64,000 nucleotides of DNA from Octopus sinensis (taxonomy: Eukaryota). The notes beneath the pieces were generated by a model. The model was not told the DNA's origin and did not search any database. It saw only the letters and a list, made by a program, of their open reading frames with translations. Each line of letters opens with the position of its first letter. Positions within the stretch are counted from its first letter, which is position 1. Shown one piece after another: positions 25,938-37,532 of the stretch. The translations under genes were made by a program, and so were the position numbers. Where the stretch lies: assembly GCF_006345805.1 (NCBI RefSeq), contig NC_043022.1, positions 7,068,001 through 7,132,000 of the forward strand, in the 5' to 3' direction.

Positions 25938-26819
25938 AGGAATATTCGTAACTGCAAGTTATACAGCTCACTTTTCGAGAACCACATTCTACTTTTCTTA
26001 TCGTTGCCAGCTTGTTCATCTCTCATTTCATGATTTTTTATATGGTTGCACAAGACTTCCTTTGAGAGTTCTATATAGATACCAGGATACCAAATCAGCA
26101 ACCCATTGCAACTATTGTATAGCTTCTAAATATTTTTTGCTGTTTTGGGGTCTGGTGGTGGACTCACAATGGTTGCAATAAATGCCTGTCAGTAAGAACA
26201 GGGACATGGCTGGAAGGCAGCACTCTTCCTCTGAGGACTATATTATTATTTAATATGTCCTTCATTTTTAAAATGTTAGAGGGAGATTTGGCTGTTATTT
26301 CTAGGAAATGGAACACCATCACAGTGATTACCTCATTGGCTCATTTGCTGATGTGTATAAATAAACCAAAACTGAAAGAAATGGATCTTCATCTGTTTCT
26401 AGGATGACCATTCCAGTTGTATTATCTTTTGATTATCTTTATTCTATTTGAAAAGGGGATTATCACACACACACGTGCGTTGTTTTCTGACTGGCTGAAA
26501 ATTCTGAAAATGATCAAACTTTGAATACCTGTAACATTTTTGCAAAATTTTTCTGGAATAAATGAATAACAATTTCAGATTCAGCGTCAAAAATTACATC
26601 TATATAGTGCATTAAAATTTTTTTCAAAAGTAATTGTATACAGTAATGAAAACCAAAAAGATCCCCTAAATGTTTTAAAGGACCATGTAGTTTTACCCCA
26701 AGTTGCGGTGCATTGATAAGTTCCAATTTAGAACGAAGTAAATTTGAATTTATCTTCATCTATTTGCAAAGAAAAAAAAAAGAGAAAACAAATAAGAATA
26801 AATTGTAATAAAAGAAGTA

Positions 26820-26960
26820 TAAGGTTGTCCCAAAAGTTCGTAGAAAGTCTTGGAAAATAATGGTCTTTATTTTGAGGAATAATTTTTGTTGTTTTTGTTA
26901 GTACTTGGCGAGTAAAAATTCAATTTTCGCAAGTGTTTACGAACTTTTGGGACAACCTAA
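26820..26960. mobile_element. mariner-type MITE (141 bp)
   Basis: TA|TAAGGTTGTCCCAAAAGTTCGTA...TACGAACTTTTGGGACAACCTAA|TA. Confidence 0.85.
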
Positions 26961-27661
26961 TATATATAAAAAAACACCCACTTTCTCAGGGATTCTCTTC
27001 CCTTGAGGGGAATTTCTCACGCCACCCTTAGCAAACCCTATTTTTCACTACTTCTTAAACTAAAAACAACCGCAGGTGGCAACTGCAGTGAGCACCAATG
27101 CAACACAATAAACTGATGGCAAGATGTCATGCAAGATGATACATTGGTAACTAATCCGAAATCAGACCGATTTTAATACCGAAACTATTAAAGTCAAACT
27201 ATTATATAAGAGGGATGAACCATTAACAATGGACATCTATTATGCTAGAAGATCTGCTATGGTCTTATATGCTACACCACTGGTTTTAAATTCATATTAA
27301 TCAAATATATATATATATACGTATAGATGTATACATATATGTATGTTCAATGATTATGTATGACTGCGGCCATGCTGGAGCACTGCCTTTAGTCGAGCAA
27401 ATCGACCCCGGGACAATACAGCAGAGGGAAAACTGTGAGCTTTTGTTGTGGCCCACAGAACTGTCCAGCAGATCAGCTGGTTTTTCGTTAATTACCGTAG
27501 AATTTATTTTCTTTCGTGTACCAAATTTGTGTGCGTGCGTGAGCATGTCTGCATGCATGCATGCGCATGTGTATGTGTGTTTGTCTGTGTGCATACTTGC
27601 ATGTGTGTCTGTGTGCCTGCATGTTTGTGTGTATATGTGAGTTTGTGCATGTGTATATATA

Positions 27662-27890
27662 TTTCTTTACTACCCACAAGGGGCTAAACATGGAGGGGAC
27701 AAACAAAGTCAGACAAAGGGATTAAGTCGTTTACATCGACCCCCAGTGCGAAACTGGTACTTAATTTATCGACCCCGAAAGGATGAAAGGCAAAGTCGAC
27801 CATGGCGGAATTTGAACTCAGCACGTAGCGGCAGACGAAATACAGCTACGTATTTCGCCCGGCGTGCTAACGTTTCTGCCAGCTCGCCGC
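27662..27890 (-). mobile_element. SINE family B, full length
   Basis: rc of the 32542-32777 type sequence. Confidence 0.9.
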
Positions 27891-28162
27891 CCTTTCATGT
27901 GTATATACATTCGTTCATCTATGTGTGTATGTACACATGCATGCATATCTGTGTGTGTGTGTGCATGCGTACCTGCTTGTGTATAAATTATTTGCATGCG
28001 TGCGTGTGTGTGATTGTGCACGCAGCAACAGAAACACACATACAAACATGCATGCACGCGCTCACATGCAAAAACAGATAGACATACGAATATACGCACT
28101 CACACGCATACAAATACACAAACACATAAATGCAGACAATACACATACATGCCCACTCACAT

Positions 28163-28546
28163 GAAGCACTCTCCGTCGGTTACGACGACGAGGGTTCCGG
28201 TTGATCCGAATCAACGGAACAGCCTGCTCGTGAAATTAACGTGTAAGTGGCTGAGCACTCCACAGACACGTGTACCCTTAACGTAGTTCTCGGAGATATT
28301 TAGCGTGACACAGAGAGTGACAAGGCCGGCCCTTTGAAATACAGGTACAACAGAAACAGGAAGTAAGAGTGAGAGAAAGTTGTGGTGAAAGAGTACAGCA
28401 GGGATCACCACCATCCCCTGCCGGAGCCTCGTGGAGCTTTAGGTGTTTTCGCTCAATAAACACTCACAACGCCCGGTCTGGGAATCGAAACCGCGATCCT
28501 ACGACCGCGAGTCCGCTGCCCTAACCACTGGGCCATTGCGCCTCCA
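28163..28546 (-). mobile_element. SINE family C, full length
   Basis: rc of 19933-20315. Confidence 0.92.
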
Positions 28547-28894
28547 CTACATACTCACATACTCACAGTCGCATGCACGCACGCACACAACACAAGCACG
28601 CAAACACAGACACACACGCTGGTGCACACACACACACACCTGCCCACCAATATACAAATGAACTCACCAAACACAAACATGCCCGTGCACCCACACACAT
28701 ACGTACACATGCACATATGCAGGAATGCACACACAGACGGATGCATGCACACGTGAGCGTGTGTGGTGCATCCTTGCATGCGCGTTTCCATGTGTGTTTG
28801 TATATGTGCGTATGTGTACGTGCCTGTGTGTTTGTGGATGTGTGTGTGCATGTTTTCCTCTCTGTGTGTATATAATAATGAAATTATTGTATAC

Positions 28895-30791
28895 AATGCT
28901 CGGGTGCACCACAAGGTGCTCGGGTGCACCGCAAGGTGCTCAGGTGCACCACAAAGTGCTCGGGTGCACCACAAGGTGCTCAGGTGCACCACAACGTGCT
29001 CGGGTGCACCACAAGGTGCTCAGGTGCACCACAAAGTGCTCCGGTGCACCACAAGGTGCTCAGGTGCACCACAAGGTGCTCAGCTGCACCACAAGGTGCT
29101 CGGGTGCACCACAAAGTGCTCAGGTGCACCACAAGGTGCTCAGGTGCACCACAAAGTGCTCAGGTGCACCACAAAGTGCTCAGGTGCACCGCAAGGTGCT
29201 CAGGTGCACCACAAGGTGCTCAGGTGCACCACAAGGTGCTCAGGTGCACCACAAAGTGCTCGGGTGTATCACAAGGTGCTCAGGTGCACCACAAGGTGCT
29301 CGGGTGCACCACAAGGTGCTCAGGTGCACCACAAAGTGCTCGGGTGTATCACAAGGTGCTCGGGTGCACCACAAGGTGCTCAGGTGCACCACAAAGTGCT
29401 CGGGTGCACCACAAGGTGCTCAGGTGCACCACAAGGTGCTCAGGTGCACCACAAAGTGCTCGGGTGCACCACAAGGTGCTCAGGTGCACCACAAAGTGCT
29501 CGGGTGCACCACAAGGTGCTCAGGTGCACCACAAAGTGCTCGGGTGCACCACAAGGTGCTCAGGTGCACCACAAGGTGCTCAGGTGCACCACAAAGTGCT
29601 CGGGTGCACCACAAGGTGCTCAGGTGCACCACAAAGTGCTCGGGTGCACCACAAGGTGCTCAGGTGCACCACAAAGTGCTCGGGTGCACCACAAGGTGCT
29701 CGGGTGCACCACAAGGTGCTCAGGTGCACCACAAAGTGCTCGGGTGCACCACAAGGTGCTCAGGTGCACCACAAAGTGCTCGGGTGCACCACAAGGTGCT
29801 CGGGTGCACCACAAAGTGCTCAGGTGCACCACAAGGTGCTCGGGTGCACCACAAAGTGCTCAGGTGCACCACAAGGTGCTCAGGTGCACCACAAAGTGCT
29901 CAGGTGCACCACAAAGTGCTCAGGTGCACCACAGGTGCTCAGGTGCACCACAAGTGCTCGGGTGCACCACAAGTGCTCAGGTGCACCACAAAGTGCTCAG
30001 GTGCACCACAAGGTGCTCAGGTGCACCACAAAGTGCTCAGGTGCACCACAAAGTGCTCAGGTGCACCACAAGGTGCTCAGGTGCACCACAAAGTGCTCAG
30101 GTGCACCACAAGGTGCTCAGGTGCACCACAAAGTGCTCAGGTGCACCACAAGGTGCTCAGGTGCACCACAAAGTGCTCAGGTGCACCACAAGGTGCTCAG
30201 GTGCACCACAAGATGCTCAGGTGCACCACAAAGTGCTCAGGTGCACCACAAGGTGCTCAGGTGCACCACAAAGTGCTCAGGTGCATCACAAAGTGCTCAG
30301 GTGCACCACAAAGTGCTCAGGTGCACCACAAAGTGCTCAGGTGCACCACAAGGTGCTCAGGTGCACCACAAAGTGCTCAGGTGCACCACAAGGTGCTCAG
30401 GTGCACCACAAGGTGCTCAGGTGCACCACAAAGTGCTCAGGTGCACCACAAGGTGCTCAGGTGCACCACAAGGTGCTCAGGTGCACCACAAGGTGCTCAG
30501 GTGCACCACAAGGTGCTCAGGTGCACCACAAGGTGCTCAGGTGCACCACAAAGTGCTCAGGTGCACCACAAGGTGCTCAGGTGCACCACAAAGTGCTCAG
30601 GTGCACCACAAAGTGCTCAGGTGCACCACAAGGTGCTCAGGTGCACCACAAAGTGCTCAGGTGCACCACAAGGTGCTCAGGTGCACCACAAGGTGCTCAG
30701 GTGCACCACAAAGTGCTCAGGTGCACCACAAGGTGCTCAGGTGCACCACAAGGTGCTCGGGTGCACCACAAGGTGCTCAGGTGCACCACAA
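28895..30791. repeat. 20-bp minisatellite, about 95 units, (A/G)GTGCTC(A/G)GGTGCACCACAA
   Basis: Directly visible; 1897 bp including three 19-bp units near 29930-29980. Confidence 0.98.
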
Positions 30792-31321
30792 TATATATTC
30801 GTGTGTGTGTGAGCATGTGTGTATATGCGTTTGAGTGGGAATTCTATAAAATAGGTTCATAAAAATACATTCAAACAAAAATCAGAAATGAAAATGAAAA
30901 AGCAAAAAATCTTTTGTTTTATTTTTTTCCATCTTTTTTATTTGTTTTATTGAAACTCCCAAATCTTTCAAATGTTTTTTCTCAAAGTCTTCAGTTTCCT
31001 TGCAACTTGTTTCCCTAAAAAGAAAGAATTTGTTTTTTTTTTCTTTGCCTTCAACAGGTAAATATGTTGTGTTTCTCTTTGTCTTTCTTCATTTCAACTT
31101 TTTTGTTTTTATCTTTACAATTTCAGTTTATTTGTTTTTATTCTTTATCATTATTCTTGTTGGGTGGTCACTGTTTTTCAAACGTATGATGATAAGATTT
31201 ATTGTGAGAGAAGCTGACAGACAGCAACTGTGATAACAGTTTGAGCAGAGATGATCGAGATGTTAATTTTAGCAATGATGATGATGATAATGATGATGAT
31301 GATGGTGGTATTGTAGTGTCA

Positions 31322-31655
31322 TGGCTCAGTGGTTAGAGCGTCAAGCTTACGATCGTGAGGTTGTGAGCTCAAATCCCGGACCAGGCTGTGTGTTGTGTTC
31401 TCGAGCAAGGCACTTTATTTCACGTTGCTCCAGTTCACTCAGCTGTAGAAATGAGTTGCGACGTCACTGGTGCCAAGCTGTATCGGCCCCTTTGCCTTTC
31501 CCTTGGATAACACTGGTGGTGTGGAGAGGGGAGACCGGTATGCATGGGCGACTGCTGGTCTTCCATAAACAACGTTGCCCGGACTTGTGTCTAGGAGGGT
31601 AACTTTCTAGGTGCAATCCCATGGTCATTCATGACCGAAGGGGGTCTTTACCCTT
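31322..31655 (+). mobile_element. SINE family D, full length
   Basis: tRNA-like head tggctcagtggttagagc...; central gagcaaggcactttatttcac...ctcagctg; TSD TAGTGTCA at 31314-31321 and 31656-31663. Confidence 0.85.
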
Positions 31656-31738
31656 TAGTGTCAGGAATTAAAGCATTGGTAATAGTACTTAGTCAGTGGT
31701 GATGATGATGATGATGATGAAAGTGTTTAGGGGTCAAA

Positions 31739-31885
31739 ATTTTATTCTAAGAATCATTGCTGTGAGGTGCATCTGCCTCTTTATTATTTTTTTTGTGGGG
31801 GGTGGGGGTCTGTCCATCAAATAAACAGGGAGATCCTTGCTTCCAAGGAAAAGGGGCAGAGGGAAAGAAAGATAAGACAAATGGC
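31739..31885 (-). other. NLK: Proximal NLK 3' UTR with two candidate AATAAA signals (about 31780-31785 and 31740-31746); true 3' end unknown
   Basis: Lies directly after the TAA. tttatt on the plus strand equals AATAAA on the minus strand. Confidence 0.5.
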
Positions 31886-31940
31886 TTACTTCCAAAGGTG
31901 GGGCAAGGGTGGAAGTTCTGATGCTTGAGCAACCTGCGAG
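31886..31940 (-). CDS. NLK: Nemo-like kinase terminal coding exon with stop codon
   Basis: Acceptor gtttgtattttgcag; phase 2 completes Ser (AG|C), then SQVAQASELPPLPHLWK-TAA. Matches the NLK C-terminus (STVAQPSEMPPSPLVWE; nemo-type SELPPSPHQWE). The preceding intron, 31941-56419, is 24.5 kb. Confidence 0.92.
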
Positions 31941-32354
31941 CTGCAAAATACAAACAAATTCCCCAGTAATGTTAGGTTAACTCACACTCACACTCTCACA
32001 CTCTCACTCACACTTGAACATACAAAAACTGATAAATCCCTTTCAAAAGAATTCCAATAAAATAAATTTTCTTTTATTTTAAAGGTTGGTGGCTGAGTAT
32101 TCCTTTTCCTCTCCAACCAAATGAACTCTTTATGTGGCTTTTTATCCTGCTAAAAATATCAGCCAAATAATACCCTACCCATATTCTATATGTTAAAGAA
32201 CATTAGATATACAGGATGGCCATGGTTGGAATACAATTGATCACAGGTCTGCTTAGTCAGAGTTGATCAGGAACTGGACAGCAACATCAAACACGTGTCT
32301 GAATTTGAGCTTCTTTCAGGGGTGGGGGTCATATGTCTTTATTAAAGCTCTGTC

Positions 32355-32976
32355 TTTTACTCGTTCCAGTCATTAGACTGTGGCCAAGCCGGAGCACCAC
32401 CTTCAGGAATTTTAGTTGAATGAATTGACCCCAGTATTTTCAAGACAACTATTTATTTTATCAATCTCTTTTGTTGAGTGGCTAAGTTATAGGGATGTAA
32501 ACACACCAACACCACTGATCAAATGGTAGTAAGGGACAAACTTTAAGGTGGCGACCTGGCAGAAACGTTAGCACGCTGGGCGAAATGCTTAGCGGTATTT
32601 CGTCTGTCGTTACGTTGTGAGTTCAAATTCCGCCGAGGTCGACTTTGCCTTTCATCCTTTCGGGGTCGATAAATTAAGTACCAGTTCCGCACTGGGGTCG
32701 ATGTAATCGACTTAATACCTATGTCTGTCCTTGTTTGTCCCCTCTATGTTTAGCCCCTTGTGGGTAGTAAAGAAATAGGTATTTCGTCTGTCGTTACGTC
32801 GTGAGTTCAAATTCCGCCGAGGTCGACTTTGCCTTTCATCCTTTCGGGGTCGATAAATTAAGTACCAGTTCCGCACTGGGGTTGATGTAATCGACTTAAT
32901 ACCTATGCCTGTCCTTGTTTGTCCCCTCTATGTTTAGCCCCTTGTGGGTAATAAAGAAATAGGTAGTAAGGGACAA

Positions 32977-33009
<33 letters not shown>

Positions 33010-33170
33010 CATACAACAGGCATCTTTTAGCTTCTGTCTACCAAATTCACCTTTAGGTCGGCTCGGGGCTATGTTAGAAGACACTTGCCTGAGATGCCAC
33101 GCAGTGGGACTGAACTCTCTGAACCATGTGGTTCGGAAGCAAGCTTCTTACCACACAGCCACGCCAGCAC
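32355..33170 (-). mobile_element. Diverged SINE family A split by a nested family B dimer
   Basis: Family A sequence continues on both sides of 32542-32961. Confidence 0.75.
32542..32961 (+). mobile_element. SINE family B head-to-tail dimer (full copy plus 5'-truncated copy)
   Basis: Single 17-bp TSD GGTAGTAAGGGACAAAC at 32525-32541 and 32962-32978. Confidence 0.9.
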
Positions 33171-33262
33171 ATAGACATAAGACATCATTAAACAGTCATA
33201 TCATATGTAATGTTTATTCATGGTTACTGTCATCATTTAATTATGAATTATCTTGTTGTTTG

Positions 33263-33648
33263 TGGAGGCGCAATGGCCCAGTGGTTAGGGCAGCGGACTC
33301 GCAGTCATAGGATCGCGGTTTCGATTCCCAGACCGGGCGTTGTGAGTGTTTATTGAGCGAAAACACCTAAAGCTCCACGAGGCTCCGGCAGGGGATGGTG
33401 GTGATCCCTGCTGTACTCTTTCACCACAACTTTCCCTCACTCTTACTTCCTGTTTCTGTTGTACCTGTATTTCAAAGGGCTGGCCTTGTCACTCTCTGTG
33501 TCACGCTGAATATCCCCGAGAACTACGTTAAGGGTACACGACGTGTCTGTGGAGTGCTCAGCCACTTACACGTTAATTTCACGAGCAGGCTGTTCCGTTG
33601 ATTTGGATCAACCGGAACCTTCGTCGTCGTAACCGACGAAGTGCTTCC
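33263..33648 (+). mobile_element. SINE family C, full length
   Basis: TSD ATCTTGTTGTTT at 33250-33261 and 33654-33665. Confidence 0.92.
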
Positions 33649-34432
33649 ATTCCATCTTGTTGTTTAGAGATTTCGATAATGTGATTATTCTTAGAATGAC
33701 ATTGTAGGATAGGTGTGAGAGGCCAGATCCGACCCTTTTGATCATAAAACAGGTGGAATATTTGGGCCAGTTTCAATACTTAGACACAGCAGCAATGAAA
33801 GACTAGTCACTACTGGGTGAGGAGAGAATCAATTAGTAATTAACTTTTAAATCAAGACGCCATCAGACACAGCGGATTTCTTAGGAATAGCAGGGGTTTG
33901 TCAATATTTCTTTAGTCAACAAAAGATCTGACTCTGGACTAAAATATGGCAGAATGAATGATGAAACAAATGTTTCAGTTTCTTTTGGAAAGAAGAATTT
34001 TACAATCAATGAGGGACAACTCTTAGTCAAGAGTTGTCTTTTCTTCCTTCCCTTTAACTTCATTATCATCATCATTTAATGTCCACTTTCTGTGCTGGCA
34101 TGAGAACTGGCAAGCCAAGAGGCTGCACCAGGCTCCAATCTGATCTGGCAAAGTTTCTACAGCTGGATGCCCTTCCTAATATTGAAGTCTCACACACAAT
34201 AATTGCAGAAAAAGTCATTCACAATAGCCATAAAGTGGAAGTGTTATGGGATGTAGCTTTCTTTTTGTTTGTTTGTCCATTTTGGCCAACTAGAAATGTG
34301 TAATAAGCAGTGCAGCAGATAAGTTGCTCTTAATACTGAGAAATCAGCTTTTGACAATAAGGAGATAAAAATAGAATGGCACTTCTAGGCAACTTAGAAA
34401 CAGGGTGCCATTATCAAACCTGTGGCATTTAA

Positions 34433-34654
34433 CCCTTTAGTGTTCACATTATTCCGCCAAAACTAATGCTTTTTTATCCACATTGTTTTGAACTAATCCT
34501 GCATCATCTTGTAGCTATGAGATTTTGATGAGGTAGCTGTTAATTTTTAAAAACGATATTGTAGGCTAGGTTTGAGAGACCAGATCTGGCCAGTTTGAAC
34601 ATAAAACAAGCAGAATACTTTTGGCTGGATATGGCCGGTTTAAATGCTAAAGGG
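34433..34654 (-). mobile_element. piggyBac-type MITE family F
   Basis: TTAA TSD; CCCTTTAG/CTAAAGGG ends. Confidence 0.88.
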
Positions 34655-34831
34655 TTAAACAAGCCATATATTCTACCTGTTTTAGGTTCACAGTGGCCAG
34701 ATCCAGCCTTTCACACCTACCCTCTAACGCCATTCTAAAAATATACAAACACCATTGAAATCTGAAAGCCATGTAATAATGCAGGATTAAGTGAAATCAA
34801 TGAGAAAAAAACATTTGAGAGTAATCTGAAC

Positions 34832-35246
34832 CAGAGACGTGCAACCAAACGCATACCCTCCATCAGACACCTACCATATTCTGAGCGCCTTGTTTCCCTG
34901 GGCATGGATTCACTGAAGCTCCGGCGTCTGGCGACAGACTTGGTAAACACCCACAAAGTTATCAACCACCTCACCAACAACAACACTGAACACCTTTTTG
35001 ATCTCCATGTGTCTAACACACGTGGACATGCCTACAAAGTCAGAAAACAACACAGCTCCCATGACTTTCGGAAACATTTTTTCACGCTCAGAGTTGCTGA
35101 AGCATGGAACAAACTGCCTGCGTCAGTTGTTGACTGCCATGACACTGCATCCTTTAAGGCCCTCATGCTTTCCAAAATCCGCCGAAACTACACCTGATTA
35201 TATATACACTTTAGATGAGTTGTAGTGCACCTGAGCACTGTACACA

Positions 35247-35286
<40 letters not shown>
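34832..35286 (+). mobile_element. CR1 3' fragment
   Basis: Near-identical to the other CR1 copies; (ATT)n tail. Confidence 0.92.
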
Positions 35287-35287
<1 letters not shown>

Positions 35288-35615
35288 AAGGTTAACGTTG
35301 TTCAATATTGCCACTTGAAGAGCTACGATGTAGTTCCTTGGTGGCTGCTATGTCAAAAAAACTAGTCCAGCTATTCTAATAGCAAGATGGACAACTCTTA
35401 GTCTCTGTGCTATTAATGTTTGCGCTGTTGCAGGGCTCCTGGCACCTTGTATAATAGACGCACTTTGTGTGTGATTCTATTGTTGCCCGAAATTGATGCT
35501 TGCAATTCCGCTCTGAAGAAATAAAGGGGAACAAAAATTAAATAAAAGACTTTTTACCAAGAAGTGTTTAGCCTATTAGAATATGACTTGATTTTAACAG
35601 CAAACATAGAGCCAA

Positions 35616-36019
35616 CTCTCTCTCTCTCTTTTACTTGTTTCAGTCAGTTGACTGCGGCCATGCTGGAGCACCGCTTTTAGTCGAGCAAATCGACCCCAGG
35701 ACTTATTCTTTGTAAGCCCAGTACTTATTCTATCGGTCTCTTTTTGCCGAACCGCTAAGTGACGGGGACGTAAACACACCAGCATCGGTTGTCAAGCAAT
35801 GCTAGGGGGACAAACACAGACACACAAACACACACATACATATATATACATATATACGACAGGCTTCTTTCAGTTTCCGTCTACCAAATCCACTCACAAG
35901 GCATTGGTCGGCCCGGGGCTATAGCAGAAGACACTTGCCCAAGATGCCACGCAGTGGGACTGAACCCAGAACCATGTGGTTGGTTAGCAAGCTACTTACC
36001 ACACAACCACTCCTGCGCC
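35616..36019 (-). mobile_element. SINE family A, full length
   Basis: Head-to-tail match. Confidence 0.92.
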
Positions 36020-36469
36020 ACTCCATTGTTGAATGAACTTTGGCAAACCCAATTCGGTTAATAAGAATACCAATGTGTTGGCCAGGCTTTCTAATGCTAG
36101 TTTATACACATATAAAGACCATTCTACTAAACTCATCATTTTTACATCCACTTTCCATGATGGTATGGGTTAGAGAAATCATCACAATTTCAGTCAGTTC
36201 ATATTAGGTATAATGTCTTCCTAGATGGGTTGGAGGTCATAATGTCACTTGATGGATGTTTTTCCCATCACTGACCACTTTCCACACACTAATGAAAGCA
36301 TTTTATCATTTTCTACAACTGGATACTCTTCCTGTCAACAACACTCACCCATTTTTTTTAACCTAGTCCTTCCAAGACAAACAGTACAAATGACCAGACG
36401 CATTCTCACAGAAGACTGCAATTAAACATCACTGTTTCTAGGGTTTAGCTTTTATCTATTACATGTTTC

Positions 36470-36840
36470 AGACATTAGACTGTGGCCATGCTGGGGCACC
36501 ATCTTGAAGAATTTTTAATCGAATGAATTGACCACAGAACCTTTTTGTTTTTAAGCCTGATATTTATTCTATCGGTCTCTCTTGCTGAACTGCTAAGTTC
36601 TGGGGATGTAAACATATCAACACCAGTTGTCAAGTGGTGACAGAGGGACAGACACACAAACACACATATACATATTGACACACGATGGGCTTCTTTCAGT
36701 TTCCATCTACCAAATCCACTCACAAGACTTTGGTTGGCTTGAGGCTGCAGTAGAAGACACATGCCCAAGATGCCACACAGAGGGACTGAACCTGGAACCA
36801 TGTGGTTGAGAAGTGAGCTCCTTACTGCATAGCCATGCCT
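36470..36840 (-). mobile_element. SINE family A, diverged
   Basis: Collinear match with many substitutions. Confidence 0.75.
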
Positions 36841-37070
36841 GTATAATTATCCCCCAGTACCAAGACAAAGGCACCCACCCACCCACATATATGCACAGTG
36901 AGATTCTTTTAGTTTTCATCAATCAAATCTACTCACAAGACCAGCATTAGCAGAGGCCATCAAAGGACACTGGCCCAAAATGTTGCACAGTCAGATTGAA
37001 CTCAAAACTATGTGGCTGCAAGGTAAACTTCACAGTCATACCTGTACTTACACATGTATTCATATATATA

Positions 37071-37471
37071 TCATCATCATCATCATCATCATCATCATTT
37101 AACGTCCGCTTTCCATGCTAGCATGGGTTGGATGGTTCAACTGGGGGCTGGGGAGCCCGAAGGCTGCACCAGGCCAGTCAGATCTGGCAGTGTTTCTACA
37201 GCTGGATGCCCTTTCTAACACCAACCACTCCAAGAGTGTAGTGGGTGAATTTATGTGCCACCGACACAGGTGCCAGACGAGGCTGGCAAACGGCCACGCT
37301 CGGATGGTGTTTTTTATGTGCCACCGACACAGGTGCCAGACAAGGCTGGCGAACGGCCACGATCGGATGGTGTTTGTTACGTGCCCACAGCACGGAGGCC
37401 AGTCAATGCAGTACTGGCTACGGCCACGATCGGATGGTGTTTGTTACGTGCCCACAGCACGGAGGCCAGTC
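37071..37471 (-). mobile_element. SINE family E with internal tandem duplications
   Basis: (CAT)n tail and conserved core; ~63-bp and ~55-bp units repeated. Confidence 0.85.
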
Positions 37472-37532
37472 GATATATATATATATACACACACACATAT
37501 ATACACAATTGATCATTATAACCATTTCTCTA

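Noticed and set aside
28895-30791. CRISPR-like array
   Set aside because: There are no unique spacers and no cas genes, and the context is eukaryotic; it is a pure tandem repeat.
28725-30862. 695-, 699- and 636-aa ORFs
   Set aside because: They are translations of the stop-free 20-bp array in all three plus-strand frames, starting in (TG)n sequence; no evidence of a protein.
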